A stretch of 64,000 nt of DNA from the human T2T-CHM13v2.0 reference genome, Homo sapiens. Position numbers and translations under genes: made by a program. The stretch lies in assembly GCF_009914755.1 (NCBI RefSeq), contig NC_060930.1, one strand, 5' to 3'. Positions within the stretch are counted from its first letter, which is position 1; each line of letters opens with the position of its first letter. Positions 16,761-36,400 of the stretch are shown in pieces. Below the pieces are notes generated by a model. That model was not told where the DNA came from, made no database searches, and worked only from the letters and a program-made list of their open reading frames with translations.

Positions 16761-17513
16761 TTCTACAGGTAATGGTAATGCAATTTTGTCCAAATGATAA
16801 TAACATAAAGATTGCATTTATTGGTTAAATCTCAGCTTCTCTAAGAAATATAACTGCTTTAATATATACCTTTTCCTTATTCTCTCAATGTGTCCTGCAT
16901 TGTTATTGTTAAAATATAAAACAATAACTTCTGATTAAATTACAGAGGAAGTATGTGTACTACAGCATTTCAATAGAATAGTCTGAATTTTACATTAGCT
17001 ATTAACTGACAGATACAGCACATCCTTTTTATAAGTAATCCAGTTAATTTAGTGTCACTTGGGTCTTGGTTCTGTTCTCCCTATTTAGGGCCACTTGAGT
17101 CTTGATTCTATTCTCCGTAGTGTCTGATACTGTAAATTGGCAATTTCATTTTTCATATCAATAATTGTTTTTTGGTTTTGGTGGTGGTAGGGTATAGACA
17201 AAGGGCATAGACAATATCAAAAGGTGTGTTGATATTATTATATTGGTTTTTCTACATGTAAACAATCTTATTTGTACATGTATCTTAGTATTTTTTCTCT
17301 CTTTTTCTTTCTCCTTCCACCTCTCTTTTCATTAAAATATTTAAAACAAAATTTCGAGTGTTTGTTCTGTGCCAAGAATTATGGTAGGGGTTGGAGAAAA
17401 CATGATAAAAACCAGAAAACATGGCCCTTAACTATTAGAAGTACAGTGTTTTATCAAGGAATGGTAGCAGACTACATTATAATCAACTATGTATGTTCTG
17501 TTTTAGAAATTAA

Positions 17514-17620
17514 TGGGCTCTATCCTAGACATATTAACTCAGTGGCACTGAAAGTGGGGCCTTGAAAACTGTTTATAAAAAATATTGCCAAGTGATCATG
17601 GTAATAGTGGAACCAGTGTC
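17514..17620. mobile_element. MER5-like hAT fragment
   Basis: cctagac..actcag..gtggggcc..ccaagtgatc pattern. Confidence 0.45.
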
Positions 17621-17744
17621 TAAGTGAAAAATCTGTATGAATTTAAGGATTTATGGCTTTTATAACATGGTCTTCAACACACTTTACTTTGGTTTAATCT
17701 TACATTTTATTCTCTGTAATAAAATGATACTAAAAATATTAATA

Positions 17745-17990
17745 TAAACCATAATTTCTTAAGCTTACTAGACACAAAGTAGTGCTTTCAAGATATTTAT
17801 ATTTGTTAACTCACTTTATTCTGACAACAGTCCTGTGAGGTAGATACCATTCTCACTTCCATTTGAAGGACAAGGAAACTGAAATGGGGAAGGTTACATA
17901 AATTGTCCAAGATGTACTCAGCTAGAAAGTGAAGGAGCAAACTTACACCCAGAGCAGTCATGTAGTTTACGTTTGCATGCTATAAACCCC
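17745..17990 (-). mobile_element. MIR
   Basis: acaacagtcctgtgaggtagatac..ccattt..ggaaactga..tgtccaagatg..cagctagaaagtg. Confidence 0.8.
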
Positions 17991-18099
17991 AAAATATATT
18001 GCTGTTTTTTCTTTAGATTGTCAGTTATCTGTTAGAGCAATTAAAATAAGCATAATGTTTACCTTTACTTTTCACAGCTTTGAGCGTTCTTCAGTTACT

Positions 18100-18430
18100 T
18101 GAGTAGATTCGAGTTTTGTTGGGTGCCATGAGATTTTTGCTTGTAGAACTTACTTGAATATTTCTTATAGTTCAGGTCTTCTGGCAACAAATATTCTCAG
18201 CATCTGCTTGTCTGGAAAATCACAGACATTATTTTTAAGATATTTTTGAATACAGAATTTTAGGTTAGTTCTTTATTTTTCCTTCAGTACATTATAGATG
18301 CCTCTTCTCTGCTTCTAGCTTGTTCACTTTCTGTTAGTAAGTTTGATGTGACTATTTTCTTTTTAAATTCACCATATGTAATATCCCCCTCATGCTTCCT
18401 GGCCTGTACCACTGCTTCAAGATATATTTT
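18100..18430 (-). mobile_element. Old L1M fragment (ORF1 end region)
   Basis: atatttcttatag..caggtcttctggcaacaaat..ctcagc..tgcttgtctggaaaa..tacagaattttaggtt. Confidence 0.6.
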
Positions 18431-18469
18431 TATGGGACCTTCTATAATATTACAATGTTTTCTCTTTCA

Positions 18470-18471
<2 letters not shown>

Positions 18472-18504
<33 letters not shown>
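18472..18504. repeat. (CA)n microsatellite
   Basis: about 16 perfect CA units. Confidence 0.95.
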
Positions 18505-18507
<3 letters not shown>

Positions 18508-19581
18508 CTATACAGACTAAATAGCACCCTTAAACTTTCAGTGCCACACTCCTTTCCACATCAATGGAGTTTATTCCATGCATTTACTTATTCTAACCTA
18601 CTCTCCTCTGTTTATTCAGGCCCACATGTCTTATTGCCTAGATTTTGCTTCTGATTCTTATTTCACATATCCTCTTACTCGATACACTCATTTAGTCTTT
18701 CTCTTTCAATCTGATCTAATATTCCACCTCAGAAAGAATCTAGTTTTGATATTAACCCTCCATCAATACTAAATAGAACCACAGGTAAATGACAGAGGAG
18801 TTCTTCTGGCTCTCCATTTTGACCTGCAGAACTAAGAAAATAATTTTACTTTTGGGGTTCCATTCTTGAAAATAGAATGGGCCAATAAATTCCTATGAAG
18901 ATTCAGTTGAATGTCTTATCAGTTCAATAGATGTATGATATTAAATATTTTAAATCTAATAAGACTGGAAGTATTTACCACTCTCTTAAATATAAAAAGA
19001 AAATATAGCTTAACGCACAGTTCTAAGATTTTGGAACACTTTCAAATTCTCATTCGACATCTTATAAAAATGCATACTTTACAGCATTTCTATCAGTTTG
19101 AGGTCTGACAACCTCCAATATATTCTCCTTAAGTACCTGTTGCAATGTAGATCCCTGGATACTTTGCTGGCTTCTAATCTTAAAATCGGTGCAGATAGAT
19201 ATTTGTCTTATGCATGATAACAAGTTTCCTATATAATTACTAGGCACGTGAAAATTTGAAACTCAACATTCCATATTCATTAAGATTCTTAAAACTATTG
19301 AATATTATTCAAAACATAATAAATTTTTATGGTGTTTGGGATTATCTGTTGATGGTTTAGTATTTTCATACATTATGAAAAATGATACATAAAAATTATT
19401 TTGACAATAACACATATCTTCTTACCTAAACGTGTTATTAAAGTTAGTGTGTTGGTGGAAACAATGACCACATATATCAGCAGAATAATATTGTTGTTAA
19501 CAATAGGTACTTGAATCCATAAATACATGTCATAGGAAAAAACTAAATAATGAATTGAAAATAACAAATAGCCACAGTAGT

Positions 19582-19962
19582 TGATATGGTTAGGCTTTGT
19601 TTCCCCACCTAAATCTCATTTTGAATTGTAATCCCCATAATTCCTACATGTCAAGGAGGAGACAAGGTGGAGGTAATTGAATCATGGAGGTGATTTCCCC
19701 CATGCTGTTCTTGTGATAGTGGGTGAGTTCTCACGAGATCGGATTTATTTTTATAAGGGGCTCTTCCCCTTTTGCTTGGCATTTTTCCTTCCTTCTGCCT
19801 TGTGAAGAAGCTGCCTTGCTTCCTCTTCACCTTCTACTATGATTGCATTTTTCCTGAGGCCTCCTCAGCCATGTTAAACTGTGAGTCAATTAAACCTCTT
19901 GCCTTTATAAATTACCCAGCCTTGGGAAGTTCTTTATAGCAGTATGAAAACCAACTAATATA
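19582..19962 (+). mobile_element. THE1 (C/D-like) solo LTR, MaLR
   Basis: TGATATGGTT..CTAATATA termini, ATTAAA signal, perfect 5-bp TSD GTAGT (19577-19581 / 19963-19967). Confidence 0.93.
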
Positions 19963-21027
19963 GTAGTATTTGCTTCAGCAATGCAAAGGGGGTCAAATAT
20001 GATTTCCATTGCTCCAGGAGGTATGATATTTAAAAAGACACTTTTAGAATGTTTCAACATCAGTAGGCAACAAGAAGACAAAAAAGTATTTTTACATGTG
20101 ACATAAAAGAACAATATCTCTGGAAGATGTTAAAGATTTTCAAATAAATGTAACCTTGTCTTAAAGAAATTGAAGTAGAGACTTGAGAAGTCTTGCTACT
20201 TGTCTACAAAATGTCACACTGTTTCATATGATGCAGGATTACTTATCAAAAAAATCTACCAAAATTAACTCAGTGTGCATTAAAGATCTACCTAATTTAA
20301 TAAGAAGTAATCATTAACAATAGTGGACTCTGCTATGATGTAAAGTATATTATAGCCTAATAAGAAAGCCTTACCTGCAGCAAATAACTCTACATTATGA
20401 AGAATAAAATAAGTGCCAGCAGTATAAAGGTAATGTCATATCCCAAGGAATGGAGAAGTAAAATGATAGGAAAGAATCATTTCTATGAAAATTTTTATGA
20501 TACTATGTTTCATACATTTTGTATGTGCCTTAGCCACTGCCTTCAAAACGAATTATAATGAAATTAGGACAGAGATATGATTAAATAACAGAGTAGAAAC
20601 CAGAAGATTGAATTTGGATTGATTGAATTTTTTACTTCAGTGGTATTAAGAAAAATTATCCCAAACTTGGAAATCAAAAAAGAGTACATTATGTCCTTTC
20701 AATGATCTACTGAGGCAATGTTTAACAAGAATACCCAAGGACTAGATAATGATTCAGGAGTAGATAGGGGTATTCTAAATTGCAATTTACTATTTGATTA
20801 AAGCTCATGTGGTGGGAAGTTAAATGTTAGCTTGTAGACTGCAGTCCAGTAGACAAGATAAGTGAGTAGGTCATGTTTTATTATTCCAAAAGACATGTGG
20901 AGTTTTGTACACCACTGAAGCCTCATGTTCTTTGTTCTTTTGTCTTTTAACTGAATCTCAGAAGTGCTATATAAGGGTCAGCAAACTTTCTGTATAGGTT
21001 CAGAAAATAAATATTTTCTTTTTTGCA

Positions 21028-21390
21028 AAATTATTAACTACAGTCACCATGTTGTATATTATATCCCCAGAATTTATTTATCTTATAAATAGAGTTGGCG
21101 CCTGTTCACCAAGACCTCCCTTTTCCCCCACCTCCCAGCCATTGGAAACCACCATTTCTTTTATGAATTAGACTTCTTTAGATTCCACATATTAGTGTGA
21201 TTATATAGCATTTGTTTCTCTCTAATCTGACAAATTTCTCTTAGTATAATGCCCTCCAGGTTGACCCATGCTGTCACAAACGTCAGGATTTATTTCATTT
21301 TTTGGTTAAATAATATTCATATATATATATGTGTGTGTGTATATATATGCCAATTTATTTAAAATTTAAATAATATTCCATTATATGTTT
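21028..21390 (-). mobile_element. L1MA/MB 3' region fragment
   Basis: attattaacta.agtcaccatgttgta..tagattccacata..agtataatgccctccaggtt. Confidence 0.75.
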
Positions 21391-21523
21391 CTACCAATTT
21401 ATTTAAAATTATTTCATATAATATTTAAATCTAATACATTTTGAGTAAGGTAAAATGCACCCATATCTTTTTTTAACAATGTAATATAAAGTCATTGTGC
21501 ATCTCCTAGAAAAGAAAAAATGA

Positions 21524-25886
<4,363 letters not shown>

Positions 25887-26262
25887 GAAAAGAAAAAAAT
25901 GAAGTTACCTTGATGAATAGCAAGCTTCTCATTTATTGAACTCTCAGTAGCATATTATAAATCCTCTCGGAAGAGAGTTTTTAGTTAAATGTGTGCATTA
26001 AAATACTTTTGTTAAGAAGACAAAAGAATTATCTATACAAAGTGTATTTTGTTATATGACTCAGGACCCAGAGGTATCCAATGAGTAAATTGGAGATAAA
26101 GATAAACATAGCATAAGAGGAGAAACATACTGTAAACAGAAAGTAAATACATCTTCCTCTCATCTAGTGGATGAGAGAAGAATGCCAGAAAGGAAGCACA
26201 GCCTCTGCAGGAGCTACAGACTGACATCTCATAACAGATTCTCCTTAGAAAAATTAAAATGG

Positions 26263-26430
26263 TTGGTGTGGTAAGAAAGTCACCAGGTTTAAAGTCATTA
26301 AAATTCTGGGTCTGAGCAGGTGTATTAAACTCTAGAGTCTCATAGTATTCATTTGTACAATTTTGCATTTAATATCCACCTCAGGGCATTATTGGAAAAA
26401 ATAAAAGAGATAATTTATATTTAGAAAAAC
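26263..26430 (+). mobile_element. MIR fragment
   Basis: ggtgtggtaagaaag..ttcatttgta..taatatccacctcagggc..ataaaagagataat. Confidence 0.5.
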
Positions 26431-27362
26431 ATTACAGGCCTCAAATGCATTGTTTTAGATTTTTGTGAATTGTTAGTTTAAATCATAAGCTTAAAGTACT
26501 TAAAGTGAAATTTTCCATGAATAATTGATTGATCCAATATTTTTTGAGATTGCAAAACTCTGGAATGCTATTAAAGAAAATTGGAAGTTGTTTGCATGTC
26601 ATTTACCTAAAATTTTAAATTAAAATCACATTTATTTTACGTCTTCACTATGAAATTCAATTAAGACTCTTTTTGTTAACTAAAGACGGATATATATTCA
26701 TTTGTTTTAAAGTTATCATCCAAGAACTGTTGAGTTCAAAATTATATAAGACTTACAATTTACTTGGTAGATGAATGTGTTTATCCCCTTAAAATGGCAA
26801 ACCTATGTTATAGCAGATTATAAAAATAACGGCTCATTATGAATGTAACATTCTTATTATAACTAATGCCCCAGAAGTTACAAATATATGCACAATATTG
26901 ATTCTCTTCAATTAAGAACAAATAAAAAGCTTTTTATTAACTAGTTTTATAAAAGTGTAAATAATTGAAATATACAAAAAGATTAAGATAATACTACTTT
27001 TCCTTGACTTACATAAAACAGGGTTTTATATGGAAATATGTGCAATATTTTTAAAATTTTAATTCCTTCACTTCCCTGATTTTATAATCTCATTCAAGAC
27101 TTGAAGTACATTTACACTATACACTCAAAGCAATAATGAAAACAACATAAAATAATAAATATGTCCCCATTTAGGAAAAAAATCTGAAAACAAAGAAAAC
27201 TATTGCTAATTTTTAAGTTAATTTTCAAGTCTAAGGTCCTACTCTTATTAGATTTCGAAGCAGAGTGTTTTCAAACCATAAGTCTTCTACAACAGATAAG
27301 AATTCTAGCTTTTCTCTAAGATTTTCTTCATTGTAAATGGTTTATATGAATCCTTTGAACAC

Positions 27363-28255
27363 TGTGATAGGCAGAATAATTCCTCCCTACTCCAACGGTG
27401 TCTACATCCTACTCATCAAAACCTGAGGAAATGTTACTTTACATGGCAAAGGGTCTCTGGGTGTGAAGAAGGTTAAAGATCTCGAGATGGGAAGATTATC
27501 TGGGTTTATCCAGGTTGGCCAATCTAATCACATGAATCCTCCAAAGGGAAAAACATTTTCTGGTTTAAGTCAGAGGAAGATCCAACATATCTGGCTTTGA
27601 AGATGACTGAAGCGGGCCGTATGGCAAGTGATATGGTTTGGATATTGGCTCCTGCAAATTTCATGCTGAACTGTGATGACAATATTGGAGGCAGAGCCTA
27701 GTGGGAGGGCAGTTGGATCATGGGGGGAAGCCCTCATGAATGGTTTAGCAACCATCCCTTTGGTAATAAATGTGTTTTTGCTCAGTTAGTTCATGCAAGG
27801 TCTGGTTGTTTGAAGGAGTTTTGGAATTCTCTCTTCTCTCTCTTGCTCCCTCTCTCGCCAAGTAACATGCTCATTCCCCTTTACCTTCAGGCATGATTGG
27901 AAGCTTCTTGAGGCCCTCACCAGAAGCAGATGCTGGCACTATGCTTCATGCACAGCCTGCAGAACTGTGAGCCCAAATAAACCTTTTTTTCTTTATAAAT
28001 TACCCGGCCTCAGGTATTTCCTTATAGTAATGCAAGAACAGTCTAATATATTAAAGACGTGGGTGCTTATAGAAATTGAAAAGGGAAGGAAACTGATTTC
28101 CTCCTACAGCCTTCAGAAGAACTGTGGCCTGGCTGACACCTTGATGTGTCCCTATACAGCGAAACCTGTATAGGACTTCTGTATCTGTAAAATAATAATT
28201 TTTATGCCATTAAATGTGTAGTGATTTCTTATGTCATCAATAGAAAACTCATAAA
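27363..28255 (+). mobile_element. MLT1 (D-like) solo LTR, interrupted by an MST LTR
   Basis: TGTGATAGGCAGAATAAT start, gttactttacatggcaaaggg, end atagaaaactcataaa; TSD AACAC/AGCAC. Confidence 0.82.
27629..28050 (+). mobile_element. MST (B-like) solo LTR nested in MLT1
   Basis: TGATATGGTTTGGAT..cagaagcagatgctggc..ataaattacccggcctcaggtatt..CTAATATA. Confidence 0.88.
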
Positions 28256-28549
28256 AGCACCTATAGGTACTACATATCTATGTTCGTATTTTCTTATTGC
28301 CTCTCCTTTCATATGCTCTCCATGTTGCTAACTGAAGCTATCAAACCACTTAGCAGAGCTTCTTAACCTTTAACTCCAGGCAATTGGAACTCTCTGTACT
28401 TTTTACTTCATATATGAATCCAGCTGCTTCCCTTAACTTCCTAGAAGTTTTGTAAGGTCATATTGTATATTTAAAACATTGTATAAATTTCTGAAACAAT
28501 AAAAAATAGAAAGCTGAGCATAGCTGCCTGTCCTATTATCCCACAAACA

Positions 28550-29050
28550 TATGCCAGTCAGGATTTCATTAGGAAAGCAGAACCACCATTGATGATAAGG
28601 AAGAAAGCATATTTTATAGAGATTAAGCTTTGTACGAAAGAAAAGATAGGCAAAGAAAAGCATGGCAGATTGTTGCTGCTGAAGTTGCAATAAGCCCGCA
28701 CAGCTGCCAGTTGTAAAGAAAAGCTGGACATGAATTGGAGAGAGCAAAAACAACCTGAAACCCACATTGGTTTCTAGCTGCCTCTAATGTCGATGGAATG
28801 AGTGAACTGTTCCTGACTTCTATCACATAGCTGAACATACGTATCACTTAGAAACTGGTATATCAGAGATGTCTGTGAGCTTCAGTGGCATTCTGTGCCC
28901 ACATCAACCCTGATGGCATAATGGCTGCTAATTCCTTCTACTTTCCAAGACCTGCACATATTTCTTTTGTTGCCATTTCTAAACCAGAACTATTCAGTCA
29001 AGGGAATTTGGGAGAATGTAGTTTTGCTAAGATGACAGAGTACAAGCCAT
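28550..29050 (-). mobile_element. Ancient ERVL-type LTR remnant (family uncertain)
   Basis: cagtcaggatt..ggaaagcagaaccac start and aagggaatttgggagaatgtagtt motif typical of reverse ERVL LTRs. Confidence 0.35.
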
Positions 29051-31539
29051 CAAACGGCCCTAAAATCTTAGGCTTATATCTTTATTAGTTTGAACAAGTT
29101 TTTATATGTGAGGGCTAGCTCATGCCCCCTAATTAGAAATGTCCAGGGGCTAGCCCTCATGCCCCTTAGACATATTTTGCTTTATGTGCAGCACTCCCTT
29201 TCTAGAAGTAAAACGTCCTTTCTTCCTTCAATCTGAGATCCAGCAGGAGTAGGAGTAAAAAATGACAGTGCTAACAGTCATGAAGCAAGGAGAAATATAT
29301 TACGAATACATCAGTGAACATTCTTATATCCAGCTATTGGATGTGGTTAAACTCCAGGCCCCAAAATACAGTAACCCTAAAATTTTAGAATAAATTGTTA
29401 GAAGTTTGAGTTTTTCAAAATTAAGGTAAATTTATGTGAATGAAAACAGTAGTCTAGTCCAAATCTATTTTGGAGAGAAATATACTTCTAATGTTTCATA
29501 TCAGAAATTGCATATAAACACAATTTACTATATTAAAAACGATTAGTTCAGTTTTCAGGTTCCAGATTGTCTTTGCACTGTTTTTCAAATAATAAAACAC
29601 TGTGCTTTTGGCTTCTAAAGTGTAATTTTACCAAAACAAAGTCACTTCCAAAGCTAGTAAAGTCACTTCCAAAGCTAGTAAATCTCCTTTCCCCCATAAA
29701 AATCCACTTTGACAACAATAATATATAAAACAAAACAAAACAAAACAAAACAACTTCTCCTTACTGGGCACCTTGTTAGAGAAAATAAATATATTCCAGG
29801 GTTTTTCATGAATTTATAAGACCCCTTAAAATTAGGCCTAAAAATCGAAGGAAATAAAAGGTGTATAGCACAGTCTATTTATTCTACATTCATTCTGTGA
29901 CTTAGAAAAAAAATAAATAAAAAGTTAGCACATTTATACTTTTACACACTGAGAGCTTTCTGAGAATGTTTTTGTTTTTTATTTGCCTACTGGTTATCTA
30001 AACTTTTTAAGTGCATGCATTTTATTTTAATTGGTATAATAAAATTAGAAAGAAAGACTAGATTAATTTACATTTTAAAAAACACAGGACTCTTCTAGAG
30101 CACACAAAATGGATAATGAATCAGGAAGAGACTAAGTTATATAGAGAAAAATATAGCATAAGTTAGAGTTTAACCCAGAGAGAAACGATTAGTATCAACA
30201 CGTATGCTTTGTGGGAATTCGGAACAAGATAGAAAATATTATATTTGGAAAGCTTTGCTGTGTGTTGTGTGGAATTTCTGCTTCATCCTTGCCTTTAAGA
30301 GACTTCACCAAAGACATAAATTTCAAGACTTGTTGTACTTAGTTTTATATTTGGTTGAGGTTATAATATCATACTGAAATTAGGCATGAAGCAGTCCATT
30401 GTTAGGCACATTAACATCTAATATTATTATTTCACTTAATATGTATGTATTGAGCATCTTTTTGCTGTCATCGCTTGTGGGTAAGCATTTCTCCTTCTTC
30501 CAAAAAAAAAAAAAAACAGGTAGACAAAATAATTATTAGGATTCAAATCTACAAATATCTTAATAAAGATATACCAAAGTTGCTGTGGTAGCAAATATAA
30601 ACAGGAAAGTCAACGTTTAAGAAGATACTATATTAGTTAAGTGACAATTCATTAAAGTATGTTTTGCTTTCAAAAATAGCATTATTGCAGTACCAAGATA
30701 CTTATAAGTAGAAACATAGAAGTATGAGCATGTGCGATTTGAAATGAATAAAATAAATGAGAATCACACAATTTTTTTAAAAAAATGTGTGACCAGCAGC
30801 CTCTGGCATACTTTTCTCAATTTGCCTTGAAAATAATTATTAAAATATGCACAAAAGTGTATGGTGTGTGTGAGTGTCTGCGTGTGTGTACGTGTGTGCA
30901 CATGTGTGTGCTGAAAGGAAAATGCCTTAGACATATAGATAAAAGGTTACAGATACAAATATTACTCATTTTGGCAGGCCTTGCATGTCTTCTTGATAAA
31001 ATAGTCTATGGAATCTATTACACAGATTTATTTATTTCACATTTCTTCTTGGCGGACAAATAGAGGGCTTTGAAATTAGATATGACTGGATTCACATATC
31101 ATTTCAGCCACATAACTGATTATGAAATCCTGAGTAAAATAGTAAATCATTCTGAGGCTCACTTATTTTACAAAAAATAATTAGTAAGCCACAGGCAATA
31201 TTTCTCTTAATACAAATTCCCATCAATTGAAAAGTAACCAGAATTGTATATGCCATTAAGAAAGAAAAAAAAAGCTGTTGTCAGTTGTAATTTTAATTTG
31301 CATCCTGAGCTGAGCATCAATAAAATGTTATAATATAAATATAACACTTGTTAAAATACAGCCACTCAATAGATTTTGTCTCTGATGATGTTTGCAATTT
31401 ATATTACAGGGAAAAAAAGAAAGCAAGAACCTAACAAATAAGTGTATAATTTTACCTTCCTGTCCTATTCTTATCCTAGGTTTATGCATATTTCCATAGC
31501 TGTTATGATAATAATAGTGTCAGTTTAAAAATTATATTT

Positions 31540-33419
<1,880 letters not shown>

Positions 33420-33448
33420 AAGAAAGACAAATATTCAAAAGACAATAT

Positions 33449-33537
33449 GCTAGGCATAGTGGCTCACACCTGAAGCTGAGGTGGTAGTATCACATGAGAC
33501 AGGAGTCAAACAAAACAAAACAAAACAAAACAAAACC
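33449..33537 (+). mobile_element. Miniature Alu-monomer-derived insert with (CAAAA)n tail
   Basis: gctaggcatagtggctcacacctg|aagctgaggtgg..atcacatgag..caggagtc plus tail; flanked by AAGACAATAT / AAGATAATAT. Confidence 0.75.
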
Positions 33538-36018
33538 AAGATAATATTTGGCAGCTCTGTTTTCTGAACCATCTTAACATCACAGGAAGGCAATATATTT
33601 TTTCCTTCTGATTTTATTTGGACACTTGAAACTCAGTGACTTATTTCAAGTCATGGAGCTTGCTAAATGCTAATGATGAAATGTAAACTAGAAAATAAAT
33701 GAAGATTTAAAATGTATTGAGGTAAAAGTACATATATAAAAATTTTAACATCGGCAAAGCTTATAAAGTACAGAATGTAGTCAGCTAAGAATTCTGGATC
33801 CTGATTACATGAAGCCAATTTGAGAACTTACACTTTGAAGCCACAAAACAAGTAGAGATAAACTAACATGTAGCAGGCAAGTAGATAACAATTCTATGTA
33901 ATAAGATACATGGATAAGTTTTATTGATAATTTAAAAAATTCTTTTACACGTTCGATGTATATTTAGTATTACTGAGAGGATTTGTAAACACATTATTGG
34001 GAAATGATGTTACTAAATATAATATCACTATGTAGAATATGTCTCACATGGTTTCCTGTAAAGTTCATAGTGAAGCGTAATATACATACAGAATAATACA
34101 CATATAAAGGTATAGAACTTGAATATTTCTACCTCTCAAAGTGATTTTTAGCTTTTATTAAAACTAGAGGTAACTCTATGCTTGAAGGTAGGCAGAAGTA
34201 TTTGGCACCAAGAGACAGAGAGGATTCAAATGTGTTTAATTTGCTTTGAATTGTTTTGTATTTGTTACTCTGCACAACTATTTTTTACTCAAATAACAAT
34301 AAGCAATGTTAGATTTTACCTCACTGATATAAGACCTCTCTTTCTCAGATTTTTCCTTCTCCTTCTCCTCCACTTCCTCTTCCTTTTCCCTTAGTCTACA
34401 TGTTTAATCTTCCACCTTTATAGGAGAGAACATAGACTGATGTTAAGGTACAAATTAAATATGGAGAGTCAATAGGTAAAACTCATTCCAAGGAGGACAA
34501 ATTTGGGTTTGAAAATTTCAATTTCTTAGTCCAGCCTATGTTTTCAATCACAATCACATTGATCGTGGAGTGTGCATATGTATTTGCACTTGTGTGTTTG
34601 TGTGTGTATGTACATGTGTGTGCACACATGCACTTGTGTCTTTCCATTATGAAAGGAAATGCTGGTGCTCTGGGATACATAGTACTAAACACCAGTTTGT
34701 TTTCTGCCCTCTCTACTCACATCAGAGTAGAACATGAGTTTGTAAAACCAAATCCTCCTCGTAAGGAGTAGGAAGAAGTATCCTTTTCCTATGCCAGGTA
34801 TGTTTAAGACCACAGATAATATTCATTAGTATATATGTGCATCAATAAACATAATTAGTACAATTTGTCAGAGAATGCTCAAAAGCAGACTAAAAGAGCA
34901 AAGCCCTGTGACATGAACTTATAGGACTCATGTCATTTTTTACATCCTTTACATGGAGTCTGTATATTACTAGAGGAGTTTTTCCCACTGTAAATTTTAA
35001 ATCAATTCAAATTAGGGTAAAGATTCTGGAAACTTCTGCAGTATATGTTTCTATAATTCAAAAGATATTATTTGCCAGCTCAGTTTTCTCGGTTTTCAAA
35101 AATTGTGATGGAAATGACTACCATTTAGGATGCTTATGTTTTTTTCTAGGTATGATTTTATGATGGTGATTTGTTTTCTGAGATGCAGATGAAAATATAC
35201 AAAATATGCATGGCTTAAATGACTAAATTGTTGTAGAGATAAACGTAATATTTGTTATATTTAATAATGTTTCCTCCATGATTATTATTAAAACAGATAT
35301 ATTAAAAACTGCTAAAATTTCAAGCAGACAAGAGAGTAAAAAACACATTCAGTCAGGGACCACTGAACTATTCTAAAAAGCAAAGGCAAAATGAAAGGTA
35401 CTAGTCAATATATGGGAAATATGAGCAAATTATTTTCCTAAACTTTCCAAGGGATTGAGAAAAATAAAGATCCAATTCCTTCAATAATGGAAATAAAGAC
35501 CTGATTCCTTCAATAATCCTCATCTAGATTTTAAAAATATAAACTTGATAGGAGATACATTAAGGTTAGATAAATGTGCTCAAACTTCATATGCAACATA
35601 TAATACAACAAGTGTTTACTAATACCTGCTTGATCAAGTCTTACAAATGTGAACAACAGCAAATTGTGGAGAAGGCTTCTATTCCAATAAATAATTGGAT
35701 CAATATTACCTGCCGAAAGTATGATGAAATTTAATGTTCATGATCTCAAATATTCTGAAATATAAACATATTCTACTGTACTTTTTTCAAGTATTTTATT
35801 TAAAATACATTAATATGTTTTATTTTTGAAATTTCTATGTATTGGCTTTGATCTGACTTGTAGTAATGCCCCTAAAGTCAGGATTATCACAGTGTTATAA
35901 ATAATGCATATTTCCAATCTCTCTTTTGTCAGAAAATTAAACCAAACAGGGACTAAACAGACTAAGATGAAAGACACTTTATATGTTGACTCCTTCTATC
36001 TGAGTTATCCTGAGTCAC

Positions 36019-36400
36019 TGCCGTAAGTTGAATGTGTGCCCCCAAGTGCATGTGTTGGAAACGTAATCCCCAAAGCAACACTATTGAGAAGTGAGGCCTA
36101 TGAGAGATGGTTGTATCATAAGGGATCTGCTTTCATGAATGGATTCATGTATCTCAGGAGGGAGTTCATTACTGTGAGAGTGGGTTTGCTTAAAAGCAAT
36201 TCTGCCCTCTCCTTCTCTCACATGCTCTCTCAGCATGTGATGCCTTCCATCATGTTATGTTGCAGCAGAAAGCCCTCACCACATGTAGCCCCTAGATCCT
36301 GGACTTCCTAGACTCAGAACTACAAGAAATAAATCTATGTTCTTTATAAATGACCCAGTTTTAGATATTCTGTTACAGCAGTACAAAACAAACTAAGACA
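36019..36400 (+). mobile_element. MST (C/D-like) solo LTR
   Basis: TG..ttgaatgt..catgtgttggaaac.taatccccaa..aataaat..ttctttataaatgacccagt..ACTAAGACA. Confidence 0.85.

Noticed and set aside
29111-29172. Direct repeat GGGCTAGC(CC)TCATGCCCC(C)T with about 18-nt spacer, superficially CRISPR-like
   Set aside because: Only two imperfect copies in primate DNA, no cas genes; ordinary local duplication
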